The notes: generated from the sequence alone by a model not told the origin. 48,917 nt of DNA from a virus (IMGVR_UViG_3300025141_000158:1-48917); one strand, 5' to 3'; shown: positions 37,031 to 46,271, numbered from the stretch's first letter. Made by a program: numbers and translations.

Positions 37031-37078
37031 ACTAATATCCTCCGCAAAATTGTAGGAGGCTCTTTTTATTTAGCCCCA

Positions 37079-37510
37079 TCATTTAAGACCTTCCCCTGCA
37101 TTTGGAAGATCATCTATCTTGTGAGTACCTGTAACTTCACCCTTTTCATTCATCGTAGTAACTTCTGCATCACTCTTTGATTTTGGTGGATTCCAAACTT
37201 TACCCTTTGGTTTCTGCTTCCCAATCAAGTTCGGCATCTTTGAATCAAAATTCCTACCTCCATGAACAGGATCTCCAGCCTCTATAACGCCCTGCTGTTC
37301 CATTATAGCTTTTTTGTGCCGCTTACTGTAAACGTCACTATTTAATCCCTCATCAAAGTATTCTTCAAAAGTCTCTGCATTAAAACGCTCAGGTACTCTT
37401 TTCATCTTATTGCCACACCTACAATGTGTGGCTTTATTCCTTTCCTCAACTGTCCGAAGAAAGTCTTCTTTGTTTTTACATGGCTCACATACAAATGAAT
37501 ATACTGGCAT
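37079..37510 (-). CDS. FmdB-like zinc-ribbon protein
   Basis: MPVYSFVCEPC...CRCGNKMKRV. Confidence 0.8.
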   Translation of the reverse strand: MPVYSFVCEPCKNKEDFLRTVEERNKATHCRCGNKMKRVPERFNAETFEEYFDEGLNSDVYSKRHKKAIMEQQGVIEAGDPVHGGRNFDSKMPNLIGKQKPKGKVWNPPKSKSDAEVTTMNEKGEVTGTHKIDDLPNAGEGLK

Positions 37511-37511
37511 A

Positions 37512-38672
37512 TTAGTCGACTCCTCCGACCTTAAAGTTTCCTAGACTTCCATACGGATATGGGACAGGTTTTGGATTGTAAGCCTTATAAGTAATAGCAT
37601 TTATAGCACCATAAGATAAATCAGGAAAAAGATCTTTTAGTCTTTTAGCGAATTGAATAAAAGTTATATTATCCAGAGAAACGTCACCTGGAAATTCATC
37701 AAAAAATTCCCACGCATTAGTAAGTTGATTTTTTAGCTGATAGGGAATTTTATCCCATATTTCTTCTTGCTTAGGAGTAAACTCAATATCACCCCTCTGT
37801 GAATAGCTAAGAGGTTCTTCTGCAAGCGGTGATTGCATATTCTTTGCTTCAGGATATAAATAGTATAATTCTTCTTCTGCAAGATCCAGCTGTCGAGGTA
37901 AATCAGCAAGCTCATCTGCTTTTGTTTTGTACTGACTACCATCTCCATATTGACTTGTAACTTCTTTGAGCTGTTCGCCCATATCCTTTTTAAAACTTTC
38001 ATCAGCCTGTGATGTGGGCTTAGAATCCATAGCATTAATATCACTAGGTGAATACTGTGCTTTTTGTTTATCTGATAAATTATCATAAAATTGTTTTTGC
38101 GTCGGTGTCAAATCATCATAAGTTATTTGCGGAGGCTCTGGGCCTTCAACAAGTTTAAAGCCAGAACCAGAAGATTTCGCCTCACCTAAAACTTCATCAA
38201 TTACCTCGCCACCTTCTGGCTTTCTCATATGTGGACTAATAGATTGAAACGCATCTTTACTTTCTTTCATCGCATCGCTAAATTCTTTTTCCCATTTTGA
38301 GAGCTCAAGATCATGTGGGTCTAATTTTTTAAAACGCCCTATAGGAAGGAGAGACATTAATAGTTCTTCTTCTAATGCACTTCCTGTAGTTGGAAGCACT
38401 CCTCCTAAAAATCTAAGTGCCTCATCTCCCCCACTAATAACAGCTTCCCCTATAGGCCCTAAACGATGGGGAGGTTGATCCTCAATCCATTGTTCAACTT
38501 CCTTTCTTTCGGGGTAAGCTTCTTCTATAGCCCTAAAAGGAGTAGTAAGAACTTCCCCTAAAGCGGATAATTCACGCCTTCCTCTTGGTAAATCTTTGTA
38601 TAAGCTCCATGCTCGATCTAACCCTAATAGGTCAGGCGGAGCAGGTCTATATTCCATTCTACCGTTTGCCAT
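37512..38672 (-). CDS. Hypothetical protein (probable virion protein)
   Basis: 386-aa ORF in the late operon. Confidence 0.7.
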   Translation of the reverse strand: MANGRMEYRPAPPDLLGLDRAWSLYKDLPRGRRELSALGEVLTTPFRAIEEAYPERKEVEQWIEDQPPHRLGPIGEAVISGGDEALRFLGGVLPTTGSALEEELLMSLLPIGRFKKLDPHDLELSKWEKEFSDAMKESKDAFQSISPHMRKPEGGEVIDEVLGEAKSSGSGFKLVEGPEPPQITYDDLTPTQKQFYDNLSDKQKAQYSPSDINAMDSKPTSQADESFKKDMGEQLKEVTSQYGDGSQYKTKADELADLPRQLDLAEEELYYLYPEAKNMQSPLAEEPLSYSQRGDIEFTPKQEEIWDKIPYQLKNQLTNAWEFFDEFPGDVSLDNITFIQFAKRLKDLFPDLSYGAINAITYKAYNPKPVPYPYGSLGNFKVGGVD

Positions 38673-38805
38673 TGTTTTTCTTTACCTTAATCTTAACTTT
38701 ACGCTTAGGCTTAGTTTTTTTCCGTTTAGGTTTACGCTTGGAGGGAGCCATATTTGTAGTACTGGCCAACCCTCCCCACGTAATGTTTGGCGTAGCGTTA
38801 CTCAT
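38659..38805 (-). CDS. 48-aa peptide: capsid N-arm-like segment plus a polybasic tail (not in the ORF track)
   Basis: ATGA overlap with the upstream stop; MSNATPNITWGGLASTTNMAPSKRKPKRKKTKPKRKVKIKVKKNNGKR. Confidence 0.75.
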   Translation of the reverse strand: MSNATPNITWGGLASTTNMAPSKRKPKRKKTKPKRKVKIKVKKNNGKR

Positions 38806-40067
38806 TTTCCCTTGATCTGCGAAGCACGCATTTGCTGTAAAATTCGCTGTGGGACATTACGATCTGAAACTCTGTCACGACGCTCTTTTAATCTCCGTGT
38901 TGCACCTGGCCCGCTATATCTTTCAGCTCTTTCAGCATCCTGCAGTTTTTGAAGATCTTCTATCTGATCCATTATTTCATATTTCTCTGATTGCGAACCA
39001 GATAATCTAGACTTTGTATAAAGATCTTCTATTGCTTTACTAACAGGATCAAAAAGATTTGCAAAAAAGCTAGACAAAGTTGGAGGGCCTGCTTTCATTT
39101 GTGGTATAGGTTTTTCACTTAATCTTTTTAGTTCACTGTCTCTAACTCTAGTCTTACCCTCATCATCAGTATAAACATCAAAATCAGCTAATGGATTACC
39201 TACCGGCATCATAAACTCAGGACGATTTTCCATAAACTCTGCAAACTCTTTTTCATCAACTGGCCTGTCATATTCATTCATGTCTAGTGCGGTAATTTCT
39301 TCTTCTGGTTCCATCGCTTCAGATCCCTCTCCAACAATAGTAACAGGAGGAACCTCAATTTCTCCGCTCCTAACAAGTTCATTATACTCATCAGTGGTAA
39401 TAGGCTCTTCAGTCTCATCATCATCCCAAGGCCCAAGAAGATTTTTACGCCTTTGATTATATTTCTGTGCGAACTCACCGTCAGGATTTTCACTCAGTTC
39501 TTTTTCTTGTGCTGCAATATAAGTTGGGAAATCAATATGACCCGCATTAAAAGCTTCCAATAACTCGTCTATACTTTTTCCGCTCATAAACATTTTGATC
39601 TGTTCTTCGCGTGACAGAGGACTTGTAGTTATTGTCTCTGATGAATTGTCTGTTGATAAAACTTTTTCTATTGCTGTTTTATCTTTAGGCATAGTTCCCA
39701 TAGCCTCCATCTGCTCAAATATCGGAGTCCATGCGTCTGCACCACGCATCGCGTTTGCACGATCCCTTTCAGCTTTTCTTTTTCCTGCCATGTTCTTACT
39801 ACGGGATTGCTCGCGGTTATAATCTGCTCTATCTTGATCGCTTCTTGCACGTCTTTTAGTTTGCTCACGAGATGCTATCGCATTGCGTCTTTGTGCTGCT
39901 TTTTGTTTTTGTCTACGATCTTGTCTACGATTTTCTAGATCTTGTTCCCCTAAACCCAATGCATCAGATAAAGCTCTCCCTAGTCTAGTATCCCTAAAAA
40001 TATTTTCATCCCCAGTTTTTCCTTGCTGTTTATCCATTCTTTTTCTTTGCCATTGACTTGGTGGCAT
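38802..40067 (-). CDS. Hypothetical protein (basic N-terminus, acidic middle)
   Basis: A GGAG SD favours start 40067 (MPPSQW) over 40115. Confidence 0.7.
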   Translation of the reverse strand: MPPSQWQRKRMDKQQGKTGDENIFRDTRLGRALSDALGLGEQDLENRRQDRRQKQKAAQRRNAIASREQTKRRARSDQDRADYNREQSRSKNMAGKRKAERDRANAMRGADAWTPIFEQMEAMGTMPKDKTAIEKVLSTDNSSETITTSPLSREEQIKMFMSGKSIDELLEAFNAGHIDFPTYIAAQEKELSENPDGEFAQKYNQRRKNLLGPWDDDETEEPITTDEYNELVRSGEIEVPPVTIVGEGSEAMEPEEEITALDMNEYDRPVDEKEFAEFMENRPEFMMPVGNPLADFDVYTDDEGKTRVRDSELKRLSEKPIPQMKAGPPTLSSFFANLFDPVSKAIEDLYTKSRLSGSQSEKYEIMDQIEDLQKLQDAERAERYSGPGATRRLKERRDRVSDRNVPQRILQQMRASQIKGK

Positions 40068-40068
40068 A

Positions 40069-40494
40069 TCAATAACTCCATATAGTTGGGCGAGGCACGT
40101 GAAAATTATCCTCACTCGTTATAGTATCTAAATGTAAAAACCGCCCATCACCTTTCTGCTTAATTCCTATTCCTGTAAAACCATATTGCATAGCTCGCTT
40201 AAGTACTTCATACGCTAATTCTCGATCACAAGCAATATCAACTGCTTTTCCTGTTGTATGAGCACCTCCAGGCTTTCCGCCTTTTATTTTATCGGCTTCT
40301 ATAGGGTGAGAAACATCACGATAACCAGAAGTAATAGTTAACGGACGCCCTAAGTCACTGCGTAATAACTGTAACTTATCCATAAAACTTTCATCAACAA
40401 AACAAATGCCAGTCTCTTTACACTTCATCTCATTAACACTAAAATTCGGCCACCGTTCTTTTGGCCATTCACTTGGATTACTAAATGTTCCCAT
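40069..40494 (-). CDS. Peptidase M15A-family endolysin (Zn peptidase)
   Basis: ITSGYR, H..GKAVDI, GFTGIG...FLHLD. Confidence 0.88.
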   Translation of the reverse strand: MGTFSNPSEWPKERWPNFSVNEMKCKETGICFVDESFMDKLQLLRSDLGRPLTITSGYRDVSHPIEADKIKGGKPGGAHTTGKAVDIACDRELAYEVLKRAMQYGFTGIGIKQKGDGRFLHLDTITSEDNFHVPRPTIWSY

Positions 40495-40496
40495 AA

Positions 40497-40519
40497 CTGT
40501 GTTTCACCCTGCAATAGAG
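40497..40519. promoter_or_regulatory. 23-bp palindromic parS-like site, copy 5
   Basis: CTGTGTTTCACCCTGCAATAGAG fills almost all of the 25-bp portal-endolysin gap. Confidence 0.7.
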
Positions 40520-42670
40520 TTAAGAGGCTTCTGCTTCCGCAGCTTGCCCACCTTCACTTGGAGCAACACCCTCAGCAAAGGCTTGTGGATTAAGAGGCCC
40601 AATTCCCGTATCTGCATTTTGTCCTGCTGTAACTGCATCTTGTGCAGCTTGTGCTTGAGGGTCTGTAAACTCTGGTGCTTTACCTTCCTGTGTTCGGGCC
40701 ATTTTTTGTTGGTTTATTTCAGCTGCTTTATCTTTTCCTTGTTGCTGTAACATCTCACTAGCATACTCCAACATTGGGAGCAACTCATCTACTGTTTCCT
40801 CACCGAAACCACGAACAAGAACACGCCTTGCAAGTTCTGGAATATTCGGAGGAAGCCCAAACGACTCAACCATGAGAGGCGTTAACCCAGAGAATAAATT
40901 CAACAAGTCCATAAACTGCTTTCTCTCTACATTGATAGCCGAAGCATGACTTGTAACATCCATAGTTGTCCAATACTCTCCTCTAGCCATTTCAGGAGAA
41001 ATCTCAACAAAACTAGATGCACTACGATCAATAAAGAAAAGTTGATCTGGCAAATACTGTAAATCCATTTGCAACATCTTACGAGCTTTACGAACTTGAA
41101 ATTCTGTCAATAACGCACTACGTCTATTCTCACGACTAGTATTACGTTTTTCCATTATACTAGCTTCTGTTGCTGTATCTACTTTAGGCATAGAGATCGG
41201 CTGTGGTGTCCCTACAGACCTATCAAACATTTGCTGTAAAAGCGACATCATCTCATTTTTCTCATTTGGAACCTGTTGAAACGGAAGTGGAAGTAAAGCA
41301 TTTGCCGCTCCACGCTCTGCCAGACCTGGAACTTCTATAACACTTCCATCAGGTGCATCTAACATATCGGCTATAACAGTTTTGTTGATCCCTAACTTCG
41401 GATCAACAAGCCACACATTCTTTTGCTTCCTTATAGTAGAAAGAAAGGAATCAAGAATCTCATTAATAAGAGCTTGTACCGTATCACCACCACCAAGAAG
41501 AAGTGTAGGCAAGTGATACCAACTATCCATACCAGCGTGATAAGATACAACTTCTACGGGATAATCATCTATTCTGTCATAGGGCCACTCTTCTTCTTCT
41601 TGTATAAAAACATCAGCGCCTTCTACGATAGTTATAAGAAGATTTCTAAACTTGCCTTCTGCTACAGGAAAGTTCCTTGCCCATATTTCCCATCCACGAA
41701 CTACATCAAAACCATCTTCTACTTCTTGTCCTTCATCATACTGAGGAGCATCTGCATACCTGCTTGGCTCTATCTGATCTGTATTTTTATAGCCTGGATT
41801 AGCTTGTACTTCAGCCAATGGAAGTTCCCAACCAAAAGCTATCCAACGTGCATCACCTGGCCCTTCTGATGCAAAAGGATCAGTTAAGAACATATCAGGC
41901 CTCCATCTTACTGCATATGGAGCACCTCTACGTATGTTGGTATTTGCGCTAGGCTCTGCCCGATCTAAGTATTGTTGATGCAATTTTATGTGATTATTTA
42001 AAGCAGCTAATAAAGGAGCGTTTTTACCTTTTCTACCTTGTGCTTTAAGCGTTTTACGCAATTCTTTATGTGCTTCCAAATGGAAAACATGATCGTCATC
42101 AGGCCCCACTCGTAGTGGTTGCCCAATAGCCAAGAGAGTGTTTTCTTCTTCTGGATCTTCATCGTTATCTAATGCTCCCTCTAATTCAGCTACTAATTCT
42201 TGTTGTAATTCTTTTTCATCTAATGTATAACCAATTTTAGCTACACCATAAGGATTAAGAAAAGCATCTAAAACTATACGTTCATCTACACGAAGTTGGT
42301 TAGTTTCACGGTAACGATAATTGATAACTTTTTCTGCTGCTTGAGCATAGCTTAAACTTTGCGGATCTTCTTCATCCATTCTTTCCGCAGCTGCTCTATT
42401 CTGTGGATGCACTCTAAACATAGGAGCGCGATCCAACATATTAGCGATAGACTGATCAATCCAACCAAATATAAGACCGCTTTTAGTTCTCCTAATATGC
42501 TCTTCATCATAATCATCACCTTCAGTTGCTTCACGATCTGTAGAGGCTTCATTATAATATTGCTTTTGTAGTATTTCACAGGCTTCAAATAATGGTTTAG
42601 CTTTTTGTTGGCTATACCCTATTTGATTTTGCCAGTAAGCTACTCTTTCGTCTTCTGTATCAGGATACAT
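40520..42670 (-). CDS. Portal protein (P22-like)
   Basis: 716 aa right after terL; YGVAKIGY and TATEASI motifs; Gln-rich tail. Confidence 0.85.
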   Translation of the reverse strand: MYPDTEDERVAYWQNQIGYSQQKAKPLFEACEILQKQYYNEASTDREATEGDDYDEEHIRRTKSGLIFGWIDQSIANMLDRAPMFRVHPQNRAAAERMDEEDPQSLSYAQAAEKVINYRYRETNQLRVDERIVLDAFLNPYGVAKIGYTLDEKELQQELVAELEGALDNDEDPEEENTLLAIGQPLRVGPDDDHVFHLEAHKELRKTLKAQGRKGKNAPLLAALNNHIKLHQQYLDRAEPSANTNIRRGAPYAVRWRPDMFLTDPFASEGPGDARWIAFGWELPLAEVQANPGYKNTDQIEPSRYADAPQYDEGQEVEDGFDVVRGWEIWARNFPVAEGKFRNLLITIVEGADVFIQEEEEWPYDRIDDYPVEVVSYHAGMDSWYHLPTLLLGGGDTVQALINEILDSFLSTIRKQKNVWLVDPKLGINKTVIADMLDAPDGSVIEVPGLAERGAANALLPLPFQQVPNEKNEMMSLLQQMFDRSVGTPQPISMPKVDTATEASIMEKRNTSRENRRSALLTEFQVRKARKMLQMDLQYLPDQLFFIDRSASSFVEISPEMARGEYWTTMDVTSHASAINVERKQFMDLLNLFSGLTPLMVESFGLPPNIPELARRVLVRGFGEETVDELLPMLEYASEMLQQQGKDKAAEINQQKMARTQEGKAPEFTDPQAQAAQDAVTAGQNADTGIGPLNPQAFAEGVAPSEGGQAAEAEAS

Positions 42671-44294
42671 TCATTACCTGTTCTGAGTCCCAATCTTCAT
42701 CAAGTGGACTCTTTTCGGGGAAGGGAAGTACTATAGCTCCTCTATTCCAAGCACGTCCACGCCTTCTATTGCTATTCATTTCACGATAATCATCAAAAGA
42801 TAATCCTTGAACTTCCAAGCTAAAAGCTCCCTCATCCACAGGATCAAGTCCCTTAGCCACAAGTAAGTCATCTAACTTCATCCCGATAAGAGCAAAAGCA
42901 TCTACTTGGTCATCATTCTTACCATTAGGGAACTTTGTAAGTTCATATTGAAAATTGGCAAGCCAGGGAGCAAATGAGGGTGCGTGAACGTAACCCATCT
43001 GCATAGCTCCCGCAATAGACCCTGCACGTTGTGGAGAATCCTTACGACCTTTACCAATAACTGAAACATCTATACAAGATGTCCAAGCTCCCGCTTCTTT
43101 TCGTGCTTTTGTAAGTATCGGCCCTATAGCTTTCTGCATATGTACTTTTTCAAAGAACCATTGTAAAGGCTCATATTCAAGCATCAAGTCTACACACTGT
43201 GAGACACCACCAAGAATATCAACTTGCTTACGCCAAAGATCAATTATCCAAATGTGACCACGCGAACATACTCCAAACACCATATGAACAGTGTAATCCC
43301 CACTACCCTCTGTAAGAGCAAAGTCACTTGCTCCGTAAAGCGTTATATTCTCTGGTAATTCACTTCTATTATAAAGCCGTAAGTCTTCAGGCTTAAACAA
43401 TCCTCCTTCATCTGAAAATGGCTTCTGCTGATGAACAGCCATAAAGATGTTAGGATTCCTTTTCCTTAGTTGTTCCAACTCATCTTTTGTTCTTCTGTTA
43501 GGACCATCAGGAAGAAGCGGCTCACCTTCCTCACGACCAAGAAGATCATCTTCTTCAGCTAAAGAGGGAACCTTTATAATATCCCACTCTTCTTCACTTT
43601 CCTCATGGAGCTTCTCTATTCTACCACCCAAGTCATCATCATGCCACCTTTGCATTATAAGAATAACACTTCCAGGCCCATCCTTATATGAGCGAAGACG
43701 ATTAAGCAAAACGCCTGCATACCAGTCCCACACTAATCTTCTTTGATTGTCACTAAGGGCACTCTCATAACTCTTAAATGGATCATCAATTACAGCAATA
43801 TGACCGTGAAATCCTATAAGTCCTCCACCTACACCCTCCGCTTTATACTCACCCCCTTGATTCGTTTTCCACTCAGCCATAGCCGTAGCATCATGGGCTA
43901 AGGCGACTTCGGGAAAAAGTAAAGCATATTTAGGATGCTGTAAAAAGTTCCGTACATTCCTTCCAAAACTCTTTGCCAGAGCCTCATCATAAGAAGTCTC
44001 GATGAACTCGTGCGTAGGGTTCCTACCGAAGAACCAACTGGGAAAAAGCTCGCTTGAGAGGCGGGACTTGCCTATGGCCGGTGGCACAAAAATAGCAAGC
44101 CGCCTTAATCTACCAGCCTCCACATCCTCAAGTTTACGTGCAATCAACCTATGTATGTCGAAAGGCTCGTAACTGGGATCCATGAACTTACAGTAGTCTA
44201 TTAGCGAAGTTTTCGCGGCCTGTCTACGTGCAAGTTCTTCAGCAGCACCCTTAACGGTGAGCTCTGTCTTTTCCCCGAAAGACTCACTCATCAC
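42660..44294 (-). CDS. terL: Terminase large subunit
   Basis: PPAIGKS Walker A; VIDDP Walker B; MQRWH.DDL; SDFA; FPNGKNDDQVDA nuclease motif. Confidence 0.95.
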   Translation of the reverse strand: MMSESFGEKTELTVKGAAEELARRQAAKTSLIDYCKFMDPSYEPFDIHRLIARKLEDVEAGRLRRLAIFVPPAIGKSRLSSELFPSWFFGRNPTHEFIETSYDEALAKSFGRNVRNFLQHPKYALLFPEVALAHDATAMAEWKTNQGGEYKAEGVGGGLIGFHGHIAVIDDPFKSYESALSDNQRRLVWDWYAGVLLNRLRSYKDGPGSVILIMQRWHDDDLGGRIEKLHEESEEEWDIIKVPSLAEEDDLLGREEGEPLLPDGPNRRTKDELEQLRKRNPNIFMAVHQQKPFSDEGGLFKPEDLRLYNRSELPENITLYGASDFALTEGSGDYTVHMVFGVCSRGHIWIIDLWRKQVDILGGVSQCVDLMLEYEPLQWFFEKVHMQKAIGPILTKARKEAGAWTSCIDVSVIGKGRKDSPQRAGSIAGAMQMGYVHAPSFAPWLANFQYELTKFPNGKNDDQVDAFALIGMKLDDLLVAKGLDPVDEGAFSLEVQGLSFDDYREMNSNRRRGRAWNRGAIVLPFPEKSPLDEDWDSEQVMNVS

Positions 44295-44928
44295 TAACGG
44301 TACTTTCTGTGGGAGCCGCCTCTGATAGCGCTTCCATAACTAGCTTTTGACTTTCTGGACTAATATCACTAAACTCCGCCTCGATTGCTTCAGGCCGTTC
44401 TGCTGCTTGATTAAGAGCTGCTATAAGTTGATCTGTACTTGCTTCATCTATAGAATGTACTTGTTGACTCTCTATCTCTTTACGTTCTGTATAGCCACGA
44501 TCTTTGCCGAGCGTTTGAAGAACCTTCCAACTATAAGAAAGGTTCCCATCTTCAACTGCCTGAAATACATTATCCTCAGCTGTATCTACTACCTTCTCTC
44601 TTGCCTCATTAAAGAGGTCACGGAGTCTTGGATTCCGCACAATGTGATGTCGAACAGCAGCTCCGCTACCAAGGCCAACCCGCTGAGCTATTTTGGACAA
44701 GATGCCCTTGCAGTTTATAATTGCCTCTGCTATGTCTGATTCCCTAGCGCGTTCCTGTTCACGGACTGCTGTCTTTACTTCCACATCTTGTTTTGCTCTT
44801 GCACTAATGGCAGGAGCGCTACAGCCAATAACGCCAGCTGCTTGTTCTAATGTACGTGTACCTGTAAGAGCATTTATGATAACTGCACTATCTATCTCTC
44901 TACGTCTACCTTGTCTACCTGCTGGCAT
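44284..44928 (-). CDS. terS: Terminase small subunit (HTH)
   Basis: HTH segments; LQTLGKDRGYTER motif; immediately upstream of terL. Confidence 0.75.
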   Translation of the reverse strand: MPAGRQGRRREIDSAVIINALTGTRTLEQAAGVIGCSAPAISARAKQDVEVKTAVREQERARESDIAEAIINCKGILSKIAQRVGLGSGAAVRHHIVRNPRLRDLFNEAREKVVDTAEDNVFQAVEDGNLSYSWKVLQTLGKDRGYTERKEIESQQVHSIDEASTDQLIAALNQAAERPEAIEAEFSDISPESQKLVMEALSEAAPTESTVSDE

Positions 44929-44947
44929 ATTGCTCTCTCACTTAGGG

Positions 44948-45151
44948 TACGGAGGGAAGATCACAATCAGAGCTACGTGCAGGGCTGGATGTTGGGCGTA
45001 ACTCAATTTGGCCCTCCCTCCGGCCCGTTCCGTTAAGAACTTCTGCTGTTTCAGCGATTCTCTTACTCGTATCATTTCCAAGAAGCGTACTAACACCCCC
45101 TTGTCTGATGAGAGCATGAGCTTCCCAAAGACTCCGTATACTATCAGCCCT
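44948..45151. ncRNA. Candidate structured RNA/leader upstream of terS
   Basis: Long-range complementarity 44948-44971 with 45104-45138, plus a crossing pair 44981-44987/45145-45151. Confidence 0.4.
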
Positions 45152-45175
45152 ACTATCATTTATAACCATACAAAC

Positions 45176-45204
45176 AAGATAGCATCTAAAAACAGAGTTG
45201 TCAA
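45176..45204 (-). promoter_or_regulatory. Late-arm promoter TTGACA-N17-TATCTT
   Basis: On the - strand: TTGACA 45204-45199, TATCTT 45181-45176. Confidence 0.7.
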
Positions 45205-45501
45205 AACATTTCCTTAGGCAAAAGATGGATCTTTCTTATCCACTTAGGACATTTGAAAAATAGGTGGGAATTTCAGAGGTAGCGAGAATATAAGGCGGGA
45301 GGCTCGATTGGGGATGCCGTTTCGAGTACTCATTATATTTGCAACATCTTTTTTTATCTCATTTGGTATCTTTTTTTATCGTACTCAAAACATTGCCGGT
45401 ACTAAAGAAAAAAATTATTCTTTCCCAGGTATTTTTCTTAGTGCAGCAATTTTGCCGGTACTAAGAAGGATTAGACAAAAGAATTATTTTTCCTGTACCT
45501 A

Positions 45502-45529
45502 TTGACAGGATATCTCAGTACCTTATATT
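45502..45529 (+). promoter_or_regulatory. Promoter TTGACA-N16-TATATT
   Basis: TTGACA 45502-45507, TATATT 45524-45529. Confidence 0.75.
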
Positions 45530-45587
45530 CCCTTCATGTTCTTTGACAATCGAATATGTGGACTAGTTCGGAATAGGAAATAATAAG

Positions 45588-45974
45588 ATGCCTATCACGA
45601 ATGAAGAAATCTTAAACGAATGGTATCCCGAAGGGACTATGCAAATAGATTCCAAGGTAGACGGGATAGAATGCACGACAATTATAGACGTAGATCAAGT
45701 ACCTATTGATATGATTAAAGAAGATTACGAAGATAAGGTACGTAGAAGATTGGCAGATAAGTACCGTAAATTTCGTAAACTAGAAACAACGAATCCAAAT
45801 CAATATAAAAGATACGTTGATGCTAGTAATAAAGAAGGTACTTTTATATTGTCCGATCTTTATGAACGTCAAGTACGTGCTAAGAAATCGAATGAAGAAA
45901 AAGCAATTTCTTTAGTTGAAGGAATGTCGAACGAAGAAAAAGAGAGATTCTTAGCAATGTTGCAATCCAAATAA
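45588..45974 (+). CDS. Hypothetical protein, first gene of the + arm (monocistronic)
   Basis: AGGA SD and AATAAGATG start; own promoter and terminator. Confidence 0.8.
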   Translation: MPITNEEILNEWYPEGTMQIDSKVDGIECTTIIDVDQVPIDMIKEDYEDKVRRRLADKYRKFRKLETTNPNQYKRYVDASNKEGTFILSDLYERQVRAKKSNEEKAISLVEGMSNEEKERFLAMLQSK

Positions 45975-46020
45975 TTTACTAAACATTTAATTGAACTAGT
46001 TCGCATATTCGATCAAAGGA

Positions 46021-46057
46021 AATAGACATTGGCAAAATAGCTAGTGTCTATTTTTTT
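46021..46057 (+). terminator. Rho-independent terminator
   Basis: AATAGACATTGGC / GCTAGTGTCTATT followed by a T run. Confidence 0.85.
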
Positions 46058-46062
46058 GTCTA

Positions 46063-46085
46063 CTCTGTTACAGATTGCAACCCAG
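46063..46085. promoter_or_regulatory. 23-bp palindromic parS-like site, copy 6
   Basis: CTCTGTTACAGATTGCAACCCAG. Confidence 0.65.
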
Positions 46086-46087
46086 AT

Positions 46088-46168
46088 GCAAGGATTTCTT
46101 TAGCTAAATAACAATATACAGCAAGGATTACATAGCTTTTTTAAAAATATATAGCAAGGATTACATAG
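46088..46168 (+). repeat. Three direct repeats at a 33-bp period
   Basis: GCAAGGATT at 46088, 46121 and 46154; the last two share AGCAAGGATTACATAG. Confidence 0.85.
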
Positions 46169-46235
46169 AACTATACATATAATAGACTATTGCTACCCTA
46201 TGTCACGACCTTTCTTGAATGTGTGCAACAGAGTT

Positions 46236-46271
<36 letters not shown>

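Noticed and set aside
45105-45135. Hammerhead ribozyme (CTGATGA followed by a small stem)
   Set aside because: The required GAAA after stem II is missing
44942-45169. 75-aa ORF with an S4-like phrase (EAHALIRQGGV) and the overlapping 73-aa ORF
   Set aside because: No SD, the two frames compete and the similarity is short; leaderless translation cannot be excluded, but RNA structure explains the region at least as well
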